Shown: piece after piece, positions 1 through 12,192 of the stretch | How the letters are laid out: every line of letters begins with the position of its first letter | Position numbering within the stretch: position 1 is the stretch's first letter | DNA from: Octopus bimaculoides | Taxonomy: Eukaryota | DNA length: 64,000 bases | NCBI RefSeq assembly: GCF_001194135.2 | Contig: NC_068986.1 | Span: forward strand, 109,664,874 to 109,728,873 | Direction: 5' to 3' | Program-made: the position numbers and the translations under genes | Notes under the pieces: model-generated | Databases searched by the model: none | What the model was told of the DNA's origin: nothing | What the model saw: the letters and a program-made list of their open reading frames with translations, nothing else

Positions 1-53
1 GGGTTCTCCATATGTTATGTAACTTGTGGACTGTTTATATAGACATGCATATG

Positions 54-84
<31 letters not shown>

Positions 85-1322
85 TAGGAATGCTATGACT
101 CTGTACCTGCCTACAGCTAATACTTGGTTTCTAAGCAAAGACTTATGCAAATCTTTGGTTGTTCATATAAATTATATAATGCAGCTATCTAGGTTAACTA
201 AATAAACAGAAAGGACTTTCTACTTTGTGCTTTGAGGATCTTGTTTGGGTCAGACAGGGTCAAATGCCAGTTGTTGCTGTTAGCTTTAATCCTAACCTGA
301 ACTCTTTGTAAGTGGAAGAAGTTATTGTCAGGTTATTGTTGAGATAATTAGCAACAAAAACAGATGTCATGGGCTCTGATGAATGCATTTCAGTGGCTGA
401 ATAGAAATGAATAGGAGGAAACAGAGGGAAGAGAGAACAATTATTGATATCCGAGGCATTGTTCGGTTGGAATGTTAGCTGTAGCAGTTTGGTATGTATC
501 TTCAAAAATTCCTTTGAAGATACAAAACCAATACATAACTACTTTAGAAATCTTGAATCTTAAACAAACAGAGAATTCAATAAAAAAAATAGATTAGTTA
601 CTGGAGAGAAATGTCAAGAGAAAAGAGGAATTAACCTGATTCAATTTGAATATTAATGAAGATATCAAGTTTTTTTTTTGTTCCAGGAGTAACTTGTAAA
701 CCTTCTAAATATCTCAATAAAACAATGGTTAAATTGAAGAGCTCTGCTCAAATAGTTACAGGATATTCTTTGGCATTCCTTCAGTATTGGTCTATAGAGT
801 GTCAGTGAGAAGACAACATCATTCTGCCTCGACTATGTTATGAGGGAAGGTTGTCTGGGTGAATGGCATCATGTACCAATACTGAAGGATGACCCATTCT
901 TTTAATTATAAATGTCACCAATACACCAGAAAAGACACATCAAGGTTGGTATTTAATGTTGCCTTCATGATATTAATCAGATGAGAGATAAATTACCCCT
1001 GGATATAATATTAATCTAAGAGAGATTCTATGAAGATCTTGTTCCCGTTTGTCTGCTGCAGCAAGTTCACCTGAGACGTGTAAGGTTAAATAAGGCCTGC
1101 ATTCATGACCCTATAAGTCAGAAAGCATGAGGGAATGCAATCACCCTCTCAAGTTCAAGTGAAAGAATGGAGAAAATTCAAGCAAAACAACAAAAATAAT
1201 AGAGAAAATAAACAAAAAAAAATCTAACAAACTAACAATGATGACAATTTAATTACTGATTAATCTTGTTAATGGTCAACAAAAATTTGTGATAAACAGC
1301 TTCTTTAAATTTGTCTACATTA

Positions 1323-1545
1323 GGTTGGTGAGCTAACAGAACCATTAACATAGTGGGAAAAATGCTGCTAAGCATTTTGTCTGTCTTTACATTCCAAGTT
1401 CAGATTCCACCAAGATCAACTTTGTCTTTCATTCTTTTGGGGTCAATAAAATAAGTTTTAGTTGAGCATTGGGGCTGATATCATAGACTTGCCCTCCCCA
1501 CTGGAAATTTCAAGCCTTGTGTCTACAGTAGAAAAAAATTATTTT
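1323..1545 (+). mobile_element. tRNA-derived SINE, family B (diverged copy)
   Basis: Head ggtgagctaacagaacc..., B-box-like agttcagattcc, central ctttcattcttttggggtcaataaaataag shared with about 20 copies in the window. Confidence 0.8.
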
Positions 1546-1889
1546 AAAAACGAATGGACTTAACTCCCTTGTTACACTATAGTCTTGTTTACATTCCATA
1601 CTGAAAACACCAGAATTTTCCAGTGTTCTTAAATTTAATCTTTGATGAAATCATGTTTGAATGAGTTCTGGGGATGGGGTTTTTTTTTTTGTGGGGAAGT
1701 AACCCAATTTTTTAATGGCAATTTTGTAATGAGGGTGAGATAACCAAAAAGTATCAATAGTTTCATTGGAGAGTATTGTAGTTCGCTTGAAGCATTGTAA
1801 AGAATAAAAAGTTTTGAATAGTACAACAATGCACTATAATACAAAAAAAATGGACTATATACTTGTTGTAATTTAATCATCCATAGTCC

Positions 1890-1924
1890 GATGATATTTC
1901 GGAATACAATTCCTTCTTCAGATA
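1890..1924 (-). ncRNA. Minimal type I hammerhead ribozyme-like motif (Penelope-type), canonical core
   Basis: Minus strand reads UAU CUGAAGA A GGAAU UGU AUUCC GAAA UA UC|AUC. Core intact, 5-bp helix II, palindromic AUAU helix III, AUC triplet; helix I only 2 bp. Confidence 0.65.
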
Positions 1925-1967
1925 TTCTTAGATGGAGTCTCTGCTATAAACTGTTTTCCAACGACTT

Positions 1968-2193
1968 TTCTTTTCTACTCTTGGCACAAGGCCCGAAATT
2001 TTGGAGGAGGTGAGGAGGTAGGAAGTCGATTAGATCGACCCCAGTACACAACTGGTACTTAATTTATAATCGACCCCAAAAGGATGAAAGGCAAAGTTGA
2101 CCCCAGCAGAATTTGAACTCAGAACGTAACAGCAGACGAAATACTGCTAAACATTTTGCCTGGCGTGCTAACATTTCTGCCATCTCACCGCCT
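1968..2193 (-). mobile_element. tRNA-derived SINE, family B
   Basis: Reverse complement of ggcggtgagatggcagaaatgttagcacgcc...gttctgagttcaaattc...gcctttcatccttttggggtcgat...gtaccag. Confidence 0.85.
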
Positions 2194-2599
2194 TTTAGTT
2201 TTATTGATCAAGGAAAACATTGATTAACACTATATCAGTCTCTCTCCCTCTCTCTCTCTCTCTCTCTCCAGTGTGTATTTCATTTTTGTTGGACATCAAA
2301 TCCAAATGGTGTTCACTAAATCTCATGGAAAATAAATCAAAAAACATACAAACAGTTTTATTGAAAATACATGAAATGTTACAGAAAAAATGTGGCCAGC
2401 AAATAAATTTCAATTACAAAGATTCCGGCCACACCGTGACTTTTAACCCATTAGTATTCAAACTGACCATTAGTATTCAAACTGTTATATGCAAACTGGC
2501 CAGATCCAGCTGCTCACACCTACCCTACAATATCTAAAAATAAATAACTGCATCATTGAAATGTTGAAGCTACAAGATGAAGTTTCACTAAATCAAAAC

Positions 2600-4330
2600 T
2601 GAATAAATATGAGAAAGTCATGATGCAGTCAACAAAGAAATGTTTCAGACAAAGAAGGGAGTAGCAGTGATGAAACTGATATATTATCTCTAACCTACAA
2701 CAATAGTGATAATCAGGATATCATAAACATATCTGGAGTCTCTATAGAGGTTGGCGACACCAAACCTGAAAATATTTCAAGTAAGAATGACAAGAATGAC
2801 CTAAAAGTAACCCATGAATCTCCCTTCATGTTGCTGTGTCCTCAAAACAAAACCACAAAAGCTGGACCAAATCAACCAGTTTTGTCACAATATGAATAAA
2901 AAAATTGGTAAAGAATCTAGTTTCAGGTATGGTTAAACCCTTTTGATACCAACCCAGCTGAAACAAGCTCTGGTGCTGTAATACAAATATGTCTTGTTTT
3001 CATAAGTTTTGAATTAAAATCTTCCACCAAACCTTAGTCACAATTTATGTTCCTAACACCAGCTTAATGATAACTAAATTATTTTACTAAATTCTTTGTT
3101 ATATTTAAAATTAATTGAAAGAAACACAGAGCATCTCAAAATAAATACAGTAACAAAAGGGTTAAATCTTATCCTTTGTTTACCAATAAATTAAATGTTA
3201 AACTCTGAGTTACTCTTGTAAGGTTTTCATGCACGGAAGCACAGATAGTTTTGAAAACTGGAAGAAGGCAAACTGGTTCACAAAGCATATGAAGAATGCT
3301 TGCCATCCATTAGCAGGTCATGATGAAGTGAAACAGCCAAGCATAAAATGTTGGTTTGAAGTGAACTAAAAAACTATTGTGTTATATACAGAGGCAGGAA
3401 GTAGTGCAGAACCAAGAACACTTGACAATTACTACCAAAACTCAGTTTGCTCACTACCCAACAAAACATTAGTTCAAGGAAGCCATACAGAAGACTGCAG
3501 TAAATTAGGCAGAGATATTTTGGGACTTCTGTATTTATAGTCAAAGAATATTTCTCAGGAGCAAAACAGGAAAGTTTGTTAGATGCAACTATGCAGTGGA
3601 CTTCACCTACTGTCTGAAACTGAGATCGTAGCAAATGATTTTAAAACGGTGTTCAAGATATTCCATTACGTTTGAGGAAATGTCAGACATTCACAGGACT
3701 GAACAAGTAACCCTAAAGTTCATTGAAGGAAAGTCAAAGAGTTTTTGTCAGATTTTAATAACACCAACAGAAATAAGTTTTCTCAACAAACTGAAATGGC
3801 TAAAATTACTAAAGAAACATTTGATGCTCAGCAACTAAGAACAATTTGCTTGTTGGAATTTTGCAACAAGAATAAAAGAATGGTTTCTGTTTTCCTTTTA
3901 TGTTCATTGTTATGAACACAAGCCAAATCTTGCTATCTAGGATACTGAACCATTCCACAACATCTTGGGTACAAATAAGAGCCGCTATAACTTTATAGAG
4001 CTCAGTCTCAAATGACATGAAATCTCTGAGAAAATCAAAGTCAATGTTGCTGTTACAGGAATGACGTTCATGGTGCACATGCAGTCTTTTGGTATCTTGG
4101 TATTATTCCTGCAAAATCATATTCTACAGACTGCTCCTTTGGTAGCCTCAGATCAATGAAGACCTTTCTGAGGAGTGCAAGGGGTCAAACATGACCCAAC
4201 ACTGTGGCAACACTAAATATTGAGCAAAAGAATGACAAGGTATTGACTAAATGCTGATCATATAACGAGTTATTAAATGAGTTTAATATGTAATTTGCAT
4301 TGGCATGACCTACCCAGGATCCCACTGACA
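2600..4330 (+). pseudogene. Degenerate hAT-superfamily (ZMYM1-like/Tip100-type) transposase fossil
   Basis: Collinear motifs broken by stops and frameshifts: GPNQPVLSQY (~2860-2893), FENWKKA..FTKH (~3248-3290), YSITFEEMSDIHRTEQVTL (3659-3715), YVHCYEHKPNLAI (3899-3940, CxxH motif) and CSFGSLRSMKTFLRS..LNIE (~4132-4224, hATC dimerisation motif). Possible TIR relic cccaggatcccactg near 4314-4328. Confidence 0.8.
2933..3165. mobile_element. piggyBac-like MITE with TTAA flanks, inserted in the hAT fossil
   Basis: TTAA(a)CCCTTTTG...CAAAAGGG-TTAA termini; an inverted copy lies at 15992-16221. Confidence 0.8.
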
Positions 4331-5212
4331 CATCCACTCAGGCATTTTTATTGGAATCCCTGGATGAGACACTTTAAGTCATTTACTTCAAGAAATGGAA
4401 GCAAGAAATTCTGAAATTTATTTATTTCCATTCACAATAAAAACACCTTTTCTTATTATTAGAAACTAGACAAGAGTGTTACTACCTGTCCGTTACCTGT
4501 CTTATGCCAACAGGTAACTTTGTGTGTATACTTCTGCCATGGCATACATACAATAATTATAGCTTAACTTTTATCATATTTCTGGGTGCTTATACAAAAT
4601 GATGAAATGAATAGGAATTTTCAAAAAACATAAATAAATACTTATTAAAACAAATTTCTCGTTTGTACAACTTGCTCCTTAACTACCCTGTAATTTACTT
4701 CTCCTCCTCCTCCTGCAATGTGTCTCTGATTCTTTCTCCCTACTCATCCTGCACCTCTTAGGTTAACCTCTCTACCTGTCCTTTACTCTCTCTACAATGT
4801 CAATTTGTGATCGAGGAAAATCAACCAACAAACATTTACATTAGTTATTCATCATCATCATCGTTTAACGTCATTATTATTATTATATAGCGATATCAAC
4901 CCTTTTAATACAAAGCTGTCCAACATTGCCCTGGATGTATGATACAAACTTGCTGTTTTAAAGTGATCTAAATTCAAACCTTCCACCAAAATTTCATGTT
5001 CGCTTATATTTCATACACCAACATAATATGGTGGCAGTTTTACAAAATACTTCAACAAAAGCTGTTGTATTTCAACAGAAACATACCAAAAGGAATAAAG
5101 GGCTCTTTGCTTTGAACGAACAAGTCCTTAATGATATTTGCTCGACCTACTGGAAAATGTTTCCTTCAGACTATACATTCTTTTTAAAAAATTAAGGACT
5201 CGTTAGATAATC

Positions 5213-5423
5213 CTTTCTACTGTACACACAAGGCCTGAAATTTGGGGGGAAGGGATCAGTTGATTGCATCGACCCCAGTGTTTCACTGGTACTTAGTTTA
5301 TCGACCCCAAAAGGACGGAAGGCAAAGACGACCTCGGTGGAATTTGAACTCAGAACGTAACGGCAGACGAAATACCGTTAAGCATTTCGCCCGGCGTGCT
5401 AATGATTCTGCCACCTCGCCGCC
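5213..5423 (-). mobile_element. tRNA-derived SINE, family B
   Basis: Near full-length reverse-complement copy with CpGs partly retained. Confidence 0.85.
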
Positions 5424-5781
5424 TTGTAGACTCATTAGATAATGGAGTTCTAAATGCATGATGCCTGAAAACAGAACAAGGAATGGTTATGTCTGAAGCA
5501 CCTTTCAATCAGGAGACACACAGACACACGTGTATACAACAAGTGTTTTAAGGTCATTTCCCCTGCTAAAACAGAATAAGACTTATAACCCCTTTTCTCA
5601 GTCTTGCCCTATGTTGTAACTCCCCACTATCTAACCCTTTTTGCTCTTATACCCTCCTTCAGCATCCTTCATCTTATTCTTAGTTTTTCCTTCCTCTACT
5701 TCCTTCTATATTTATTTTCACCACTCAAACTCACCCACTCTGTGTGTGTGTGTGTGTCTGTGTGTGTGTGTCTGTGTGTGT

Positions 5782-5817
<36 letters not shown>

Positions 5818-6039
5818 AAATACAACAGCACTTGTGAGTGTGTTCTTGTGCCTGTGAAGGTCACCACAGTCTTTCTCATGATGAAACCATTAAAAGGTAA
5901 AGAAAGAAAATTAAAAAACAATACTCTATTGTTCTTTTACAGAGAAAAATAACATGGAATTCTCTTACAGATTTGTTTTGGGAATGACTGTCTCCTCATG
6001 GAAGATGTACACTTATGCTTCTGCTATTCATTGAACTCT

Positions 6040-6240
6040 TCATCATCCTTATTTAACATCTGTTTTCCATGCTGGCATGGGTTGAACAGCTTGACAGGAA
6101 CTGCCCCAAAGTTCCATAGTCGGTTTTGGTTTGGTTTCTATGGCTGAGTGCCCTTCCTGATGCCAACCTCATCACAAAGTGTACTGGATGCTTTTTATGT
6201 GGCAGAAGCACCCACACCAATGCTTTTTTGCATGGCACTG
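6040..6240 (-). mobile_element. Family C repeat (RTE-tail type, ends in (GAT)n)
   Basis: Reverse complement of ...aggaagggcac...aacccatgccagcatggaaaacagatgttaaa tail. Confidence 0.75.
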
Positions 6241-6628
6241 TGGTTTTAGGATATCAATTCTGTTGTGGTGGGCAGGTCTTCTTGAGTGCAACAATGCACC
6301 ACATACCTCGGTCCTCTGTCATCTTCATAAGGCCCAACATTTTGAGATTAGCCTCAAATACTTCTGTCCCATATCTTCCTGGGTATCCCACTTCCTCATG
6401 CATACAATCATTTTAATGTCCACTTTTCCATCCCTGCATAGTTCAGACAGAATTTTTTGAGGCAGTTCTTCTATGGCCAGACACCCTTCCTGTCACCAAC
6501 CCTTACCTGTTTCCAAACAAAGTAATATTTTCTATGGCCAAACATGTTTTATACGGAAGATGGAATTAACGACACCATTTGTATGAGCAATGCTTATTTA
6601 CAACTGTCATGTGAAGTCAAGACAAGGG

Positions 6629-6739
<111 letters not shown>

Positions 6740-7151
6740 GTTGCTTTCAGTTTGATGAGATTTTGATTGGTCCAAGTCAATAACAGAAAACTCTTGCCCA
6801 AGGTGTCATACAGTGGAACTGAACTTAAACCCACATGATCAGGAAGTAGGCAGCCATACTTGTGCCATATATATAACACATGTTAGTGTCTCCTTTTTAC
6901 ACGAATTTAAAAATAGCAGAGCTTTTCCTGTTATATCCCCTTTAGGTCACAAAGGAACAACTCCCCCAAACAGACCAATAAATACCAGCCTAAAATAAAA
7001 CCCTGAATTGGTTAGAATTGACTAAAACAATGAAGGGAGTACTGCAACCTCATGAATGAAACTAGAGAGATGAAGATCTTTGGATGAAAATCTTTGAAAC
7101 ACATACATGTATACAAAAAAGAAAATATACACAAGGCTATGTATACATATA

Positions 7152-7790
7152 TTTGCACACACACAGTGGAAGGAATCCGGGGTAGAGGTAGACCCAGGAA
7201 GACATAAGATGAAGTGGTGAAGCATGACCTTCGAACGTTGGGCCTCACAGAGGCAATGACAAAAGACAGACCTCTGGAGATATGCTGTGACTGAGAAGAC
7301 ACGGCAAATAAAGTGAGTTCACAGCTGTAACCCACACCAGTGTCGCATAACCAGCCCTCTCAAAAGTACCTTGGATCGTAGGGCGACATGCTGTGCTGGA
7401 GGAGACCTATTGAGTCAAGTACATCAAAACCAAAATCAAAAGGAAAAATTGTAGTTGTGATCCCTGTGCCAGTGGCATGTAAAAAGCACCATCCGAACGT
7501 GGCCGATGCCAGAGCTGCCTTGACTGGCTTCTGTGCCGGTGGCACATAAAAAGCACCAACCGATCGTGGTTGATGCCAGACCCCTCCGGCCCCTGTGCCG
7601 GTGGCATGTAAAAAAGCACCCACTACACTCTCGGAGTGGTTGGCGTTAGGAAGGGCATCTAGCTGTAGAAACATTGCCAGATCAGACAGGAGTCTGGTGC
7701 AGCCTCCTGGCTTCCCAGACCCCAGTCGAACCGTCCAGCCCATGCCAGCATGGAAAACAGACGTTAAACGATGATGATGATGATAATGAT
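7152..7790 (+). mobile_element. RTE-clade LINE 3' end with family C tail
   Basis: TVEGIRGRGRPRKT*DEVVKHDLRTLGLTEAMTKDR matches the RTE RT C-terminal GxRxRGRP..W motif. It is followed by a 3'UTR with internal gtgccggtggcacgtaaaaagcacc repeats and a (GAT)n end. Confidence 0.8.
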
Positions 7791-8239
7791 GACACACAAA
7801 AATATTTACACAAACACATTTTCACGCACACATATACAAATGCAGATACACAAACACACATATACACCCATACATATGAGAGTAAATACATATATATATA
7901 TATATATATGCAAACACACATGTATATACATCAATAGATTATCATCCCCATCATTTAACGTCTGTTTTCCATGCTGGCATGGGTTGGACAGTGTGGTTTT
8001 TATGTTCAGTGACAGTAAAAACAATTCTACATTAATCTGATGGTTTAATATACAGCACTTTGCAATATTCCACCAAAAATGAGAATTATAAATGTAACTA
8101 GAGTGTTAGAAATACCTACATCGCTAGAAATAAGAGCTAAAATGCTTTAATGTTGTAGTCAACGCACATGAATGTAAACATATTCACCAAGAGGAACCTT
8201 AATCGTCCAAAAAATGCTAATCGAAAATTCTTAACACTT

Positions 8240-8275
8240 GACTGTCAGTTTTGGCAATGTCCGTTGCCTTATCAG
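8240..8275 (-). ncRNA. Decayed minimal hammerhead-like motif
   Basis: CUGAUAA GGCAA CGGACA UUGCC AAAA CUGACAG UC. 5-bp helix II, quasi-palindromic helix III and GUC triplet; core positions G8 and G12 altered; helix I unpaired. Confidence 0.4.
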
Positions 8276-8402
8276 CTATAAGACTGGCTTGAAAATTCGG
8301 CTCTTTTCAGATTTGCTTCTTAATTAGTATATGTTTTCATCATCCAAATTAATGGATGATTTGCCGATTCGCTAGTGTCTATACATAAAATAAATATAAA
8401 CA

Positions 8403-8436
<34 letters not shown>

Positions 8437-8493
8437 TAACAGAATGAGATAAAAATCCAAGGCTGTGAAAGATTTCAGAACATTTATAAATAA

Positions 8494-8541
8494 GTCTTAG
8501 AGCTATTTCTGGGATATTTTATATATCCCTTCATCGGAGAC
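8494..8541 (-). ncRNA. Minimal type I hammerhead-like variant (U4C)
   Basis: GUCU CCGAUGA A GGGAUAU AUAAA AUAUCCC A GAAA UAGCUC UA|AGAC. Perfect 4-bp helix I and 7-bp helix II. Confidence 0.6.
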
Positions 8542-8709
8542 GGTGTGAGAAAATGGTTAAGCAATAGTATGTATTTTGGTATAATATTAAAGAGAAAACA
8601 ATTGCAGCATGGAAGGTGTTTATGAGCCATTTAAAAACAGAAAAACCGTTAGATTCACTTCAACATTACCTGACACCTTTGGGTCTTCTTGATATCATTA
8701 CCTCTCATA

Positions 8710-8971
8710 ACCTATATATACATATATATATAAATAAATAACTTAGGTTTCGGCCAGTATAGGCCCAAGACATGTCTAACTTAATAGCAGCATCTGGTGA
8801 AATCTTTTAGATCTTGATTCACACCTGTCATATAATGGGACAACATGGCCCGCTCTAGCAAAGAGTTATTATTGTTGGAGACATATCCAGGTGCAGGAGC
8901 TTGGTCCAGGATTCTTTGGAGAAATTTATCCAGAGAATTTTTGAATTTTATGAGATCTGTTTCCGTTTTGA
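8710..8971 (-). mobile_element. CR1/L2-like LINE 3' fragment
   Basis: LIKFKNSLDKFLQRILDQAPAPGYVSNNNNSLL resembles the FKxxLDKFLxxIPDQPxxPGY..NSL RT C-terminus; short 3'UTR ending in TA repeats. Confidence 0.7.
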
Positions 8972-9146
8972 TGTATTTTTGGTATAATATTAAAGAGATG
9001 ACAATTGCAGCATGGAAGGTGTTTATAAGCCATTTAAAAACACACAAAAACCGTTAGATTCACCTCAACATTTAAATTTAATTTGCCAAAATATTTTCGT
9101 CGCTTTGAGACCACGAACTGTTCACTGACAAAATTCCGTGCTGCTT
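8972..9146 (-). mobile_element. Penelope-like repeat segment (partial copies at 8570-8667 and 46130-46270)
   Basis: Three homologous copies in the window; the 8570-8667 copy is contiguous with the hammerhead motif at 8494-8541. Confidence 0.55.
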
Positions 9147-9579
9147 ATAAACACTATCCATGCTGTAATTGTTTTCGTTCCTGCACATGATCTCAGATCA
9201 GGTCACTTGCTATGCAAGTACATCTCCGTAATTAAAGATATATATATAATAATATTAGGGACAAAATCCAAAATTACAGGTAAAAACACACATACATATG
9301 TGTATGTTAGAAAAATAGAGATATGCCAACAATATGATTAAGCGAAAAGTATTTGGAACATTAAATACAACCACAGGAGTCTAACCATGTAATACTGTTA
9401 TATATTGTGTTGTAAAACTTGGATTAACTGAAGACAATGAATATAATAAGTATAGACAAGCATTAACCCTTTGTTGTGTAGGGGTAGGATTAGAGATTAG
9501 AATCTTAAAATAACAATCAAGGAAAATATCTGCAGTAAACATGATGAAATGGTCTTGTGTTTAAGACAGTAGAAGTAAT

Positions 9580-9612
9580 GGACATGTTTCAGTATTATCA
9601 ATCATCTTCAGC
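9580..9612 (-). ncRNA. Decayed hammerhead-like motif
   Basis: CUGAAGA U GAUUGAUAAUACU GAAA CAUG UC. Core and palindromic ACAUGU helix III with GUC triplet present; helices I and II have lost pairing. Confidence 0.35.
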
Positions 9613-9706
9613 TTTGCCCCTCCTGTCATGTGGGTGTTAAGAATTTGCAAGAAAAATAAGGCAGAATGGAAGCAAGGTGTTCTTCATTTATAAACTTTTA
9701 TAATGA

Positions 9707-9796
9707 AAAAGTTGAGAGTAACTTCAAAGTTTCAGCTGGTTCACCTTCATTAGATGATGAGGGCAAACTGAGACTTTGAAGTCACTGTCAACTTTT
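9707..9796. repeat. 90-nt near-perfect inverted repeat within a MITE-like repeat
   Basis: aaaagttgagagtaacttcaaagtttcag...ctgagactttgaagtcactgtcaactttt. Single-arm relatives at ~33895-33940 and ~38750-38795. Confidence 0.8.
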
Positions 9797-10024
9797 CTCT
9801 TGCAAGAAGTTTGTTACTCGACCACAAAGTATAGAGTAATCATTCGGTTTAATGTTAAATTGTTCTTTTTAGGGGTGTACGCGCCCCTACCAATTTTGTT
9901 TCCTCGTAACTTTCAGAAAAATTTATATCTTTTAATGAAATTTTCTACAGATACTTTCCAGATGGATTACTTTACGATTACATATGAATCTGTTGAGGAA
10001 AATATTGTGTGTGTGTGTGAGAGC

Positions 10025-10026
<2 letters not shown>

Positions 10027-10073
<47 letters not shown>
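10027..10073. repeat. (GATA)n microsatellite
   Basis: Direct reading; another array lies at ~14310-14378. Confidence 0.95.
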
Positions 10074-10074
<1 letters not shown>

Positions 10075-10328
10075 CATACACACACAAACACGAGAGAGAG
10101 AGAGAGAGAGAGAGAGAAGGGGGCATGAATGCAAAGAGACACAAATGTGATGTTTCAGCCATCCTCATAACAAAATGACAATTACATCCAAGAAATCGAA
10201 ATCAAAATCCTAGAAGACATTTGTCATAAAGCTGTTTACCACATTTCCCCCGGGCGTCATTCTCTTTCTCCTTACGCGCGCACACGCACACAAACAAACA
10301 CACACACACACACACACACACCGCCAAT

Positions 10329-11061
10329 NNNNNNNNNNNNNNNNNNNNNNNNNNNNNNNNNNNNNNNNNNNNNNNNNNNNNNNNNNNNNNNNNNNNNNNN
10401 NNNNNNNNNNNNNNNNNNNNNNNNNNNNNNNNNNNNNNNNNNNNNNNNNNNNNNNNNNNNNNNNNNNNNNNNNNNNNNNNNNNNNNNNNNNNNNNNNNNN
10501 NNNNNNNNNNNNNNNNNNNNNNNNNNNNNNNNNNNNNNNNNNNNNNNNNNNNNNNNNNNNNNNNNNNNNNNNNNNNNNNNNNNNNNNNNNNNNNNNNNNN
10601 NNNNNNNNNNNNNNNNNNNNNNNNNNNNNNNNNNNNNNNNNNNNNNNNNNNNNNNNNNNNNNNNNNNNNNNNNNNNNNNNNNNNNNNNNNNNNNNNNNNN
10701 NNNNNNNNNNNNNNNNNNNNNNNNNNNNNNNNNNNNNNNNNNNNNNNNNNNNNNNNNNNNNNNNNNNNNNNNNNNNNNNNNNNNNNNNNNNNNNNNNNNN
10801 NNNNNNNNNNNNNNNNNNNNNNNNNNNNNNNNNNNNNNNNNNNNNNNNNNNNNNNNNNNNNNNNNNNNNNNNNNNNNNNNNNNNNNNNNNNNNNNNNNNN
10901 NNNNNNNNNNNNNNNNNNNNNNNNNNNNNNNNNNNNNNNNNNNNNNNNNNNNNNNNNNNNNNNNNNNNNNNNNNNNNNNNNNNNNNNNNNNNNNNNNNNN
11001 NNNNNNNNNNNNNNNNNNNNNNNNNNNNNNNNNNNNNNNNNNNNNNNNNNNNNNNNNNNNN
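10329..11061. other. Assembly gap
   Basis: N run. Other gaps: 13201-13410, 18126-18245, 24082-24619, 34769-34868, 37196-38050, 39115-39254, 54673-54793, 56207-56216, 57307-57382, 59623-60336. Confidence 1.
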
Positions 11062-11153
<92 letters not shown>

Positions 11154-11299
11154 CAAACCTCGAGTTGTTGATTCTACATTGATTGTCGTTCCTGCTGTTG
11201 CCGGATTTTATTATTAAAGTTGGCTTATAGAAGTATTAAAGTTACTTTTGTTAATATATACACCAACATGTATATATATATATATTCCTTCAAAACTTT

Positions 11300-12148
11300 A
11301 AGATATATCTACAAATAAGGACCTGGTCAAATCCTTATTAAATCCACAGTCAATGTAGCAGTAATTTGCGTTTATTCTCCTTGTAAAATTCCCCAACAGA
11401 CGAAATACTGATTCCATTGTTTTCGTTAATGAATGTTAATTAGATAGGTGAAGATTATTTTACCTTTATATCTGCCGGTTCTAATTTGTAGAAAAGTCAG
11501 AAATAAGATTGTCGTGAAATTAGCAGAAAATATAATGTTCATTCAGTCGTTGTTGTCGGTGTTTCATTAAAGTGTCCAGTGACCCCTAATTACATAGAGC
11601 GTTTATAAGATATCTGAAAAGACTGTTTAAACCAGCGGTACTGATCTAAAGGAGCAGCGAAGCAATTTAAGAGAGAGGGTAGCTACATTATCACATACAA
11701 CGAGAAAGAAATTAAGGCACGAAAGGGAGCTTTCCAACAGCGAAAACCCAAATAATCCTTTTGTGATCCTGGCTAATAAAGCGACATGAGACATTGGTGG
11801 TTGACATCTTTTCTAATTAGAGAGATTGTACCCTTAAAATGAGAGGACGACACTAAATAGCGGAGGAATGTCCAAGTATATAAATATAGAGATAAGGGGC
11901 TGAGTAGAGAGAGAGAGAGAGAGAGAGAAAAGGGCCTGTGGTGGGGGTGATGAAACGGGGGGTGCAACAGCTGTCTCGAACTCCTCCACACCTGCCTCTT
12001 CTAACGTTTAGATATTTAATCTGGCAGAGGTAATTTAGTATCTCTCATCACAAGTTTTCTCCTACCTCCACCTCGGATAAGAGGGAGAGAGCAGAAAAAA
12101 GTGGATGACAGTAATAATAATAAAGATTTAAATCAACACCATTATACA

Positions 12149-12192
<44 letters not shown>

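Noticed and set aside
371-415. Plus-strand CUGAUGA...GAAA
   Set aside because: Four unpaired nt precede the hairpin and there is no helix I; compatible with chance.
8745-8770. GGCC-UAUACU-GGCC-GAAAC on the minus strand
   Set aside because: No CUGAnGA upstream; it is the 3' stem-loop of the CR1-like fragment.
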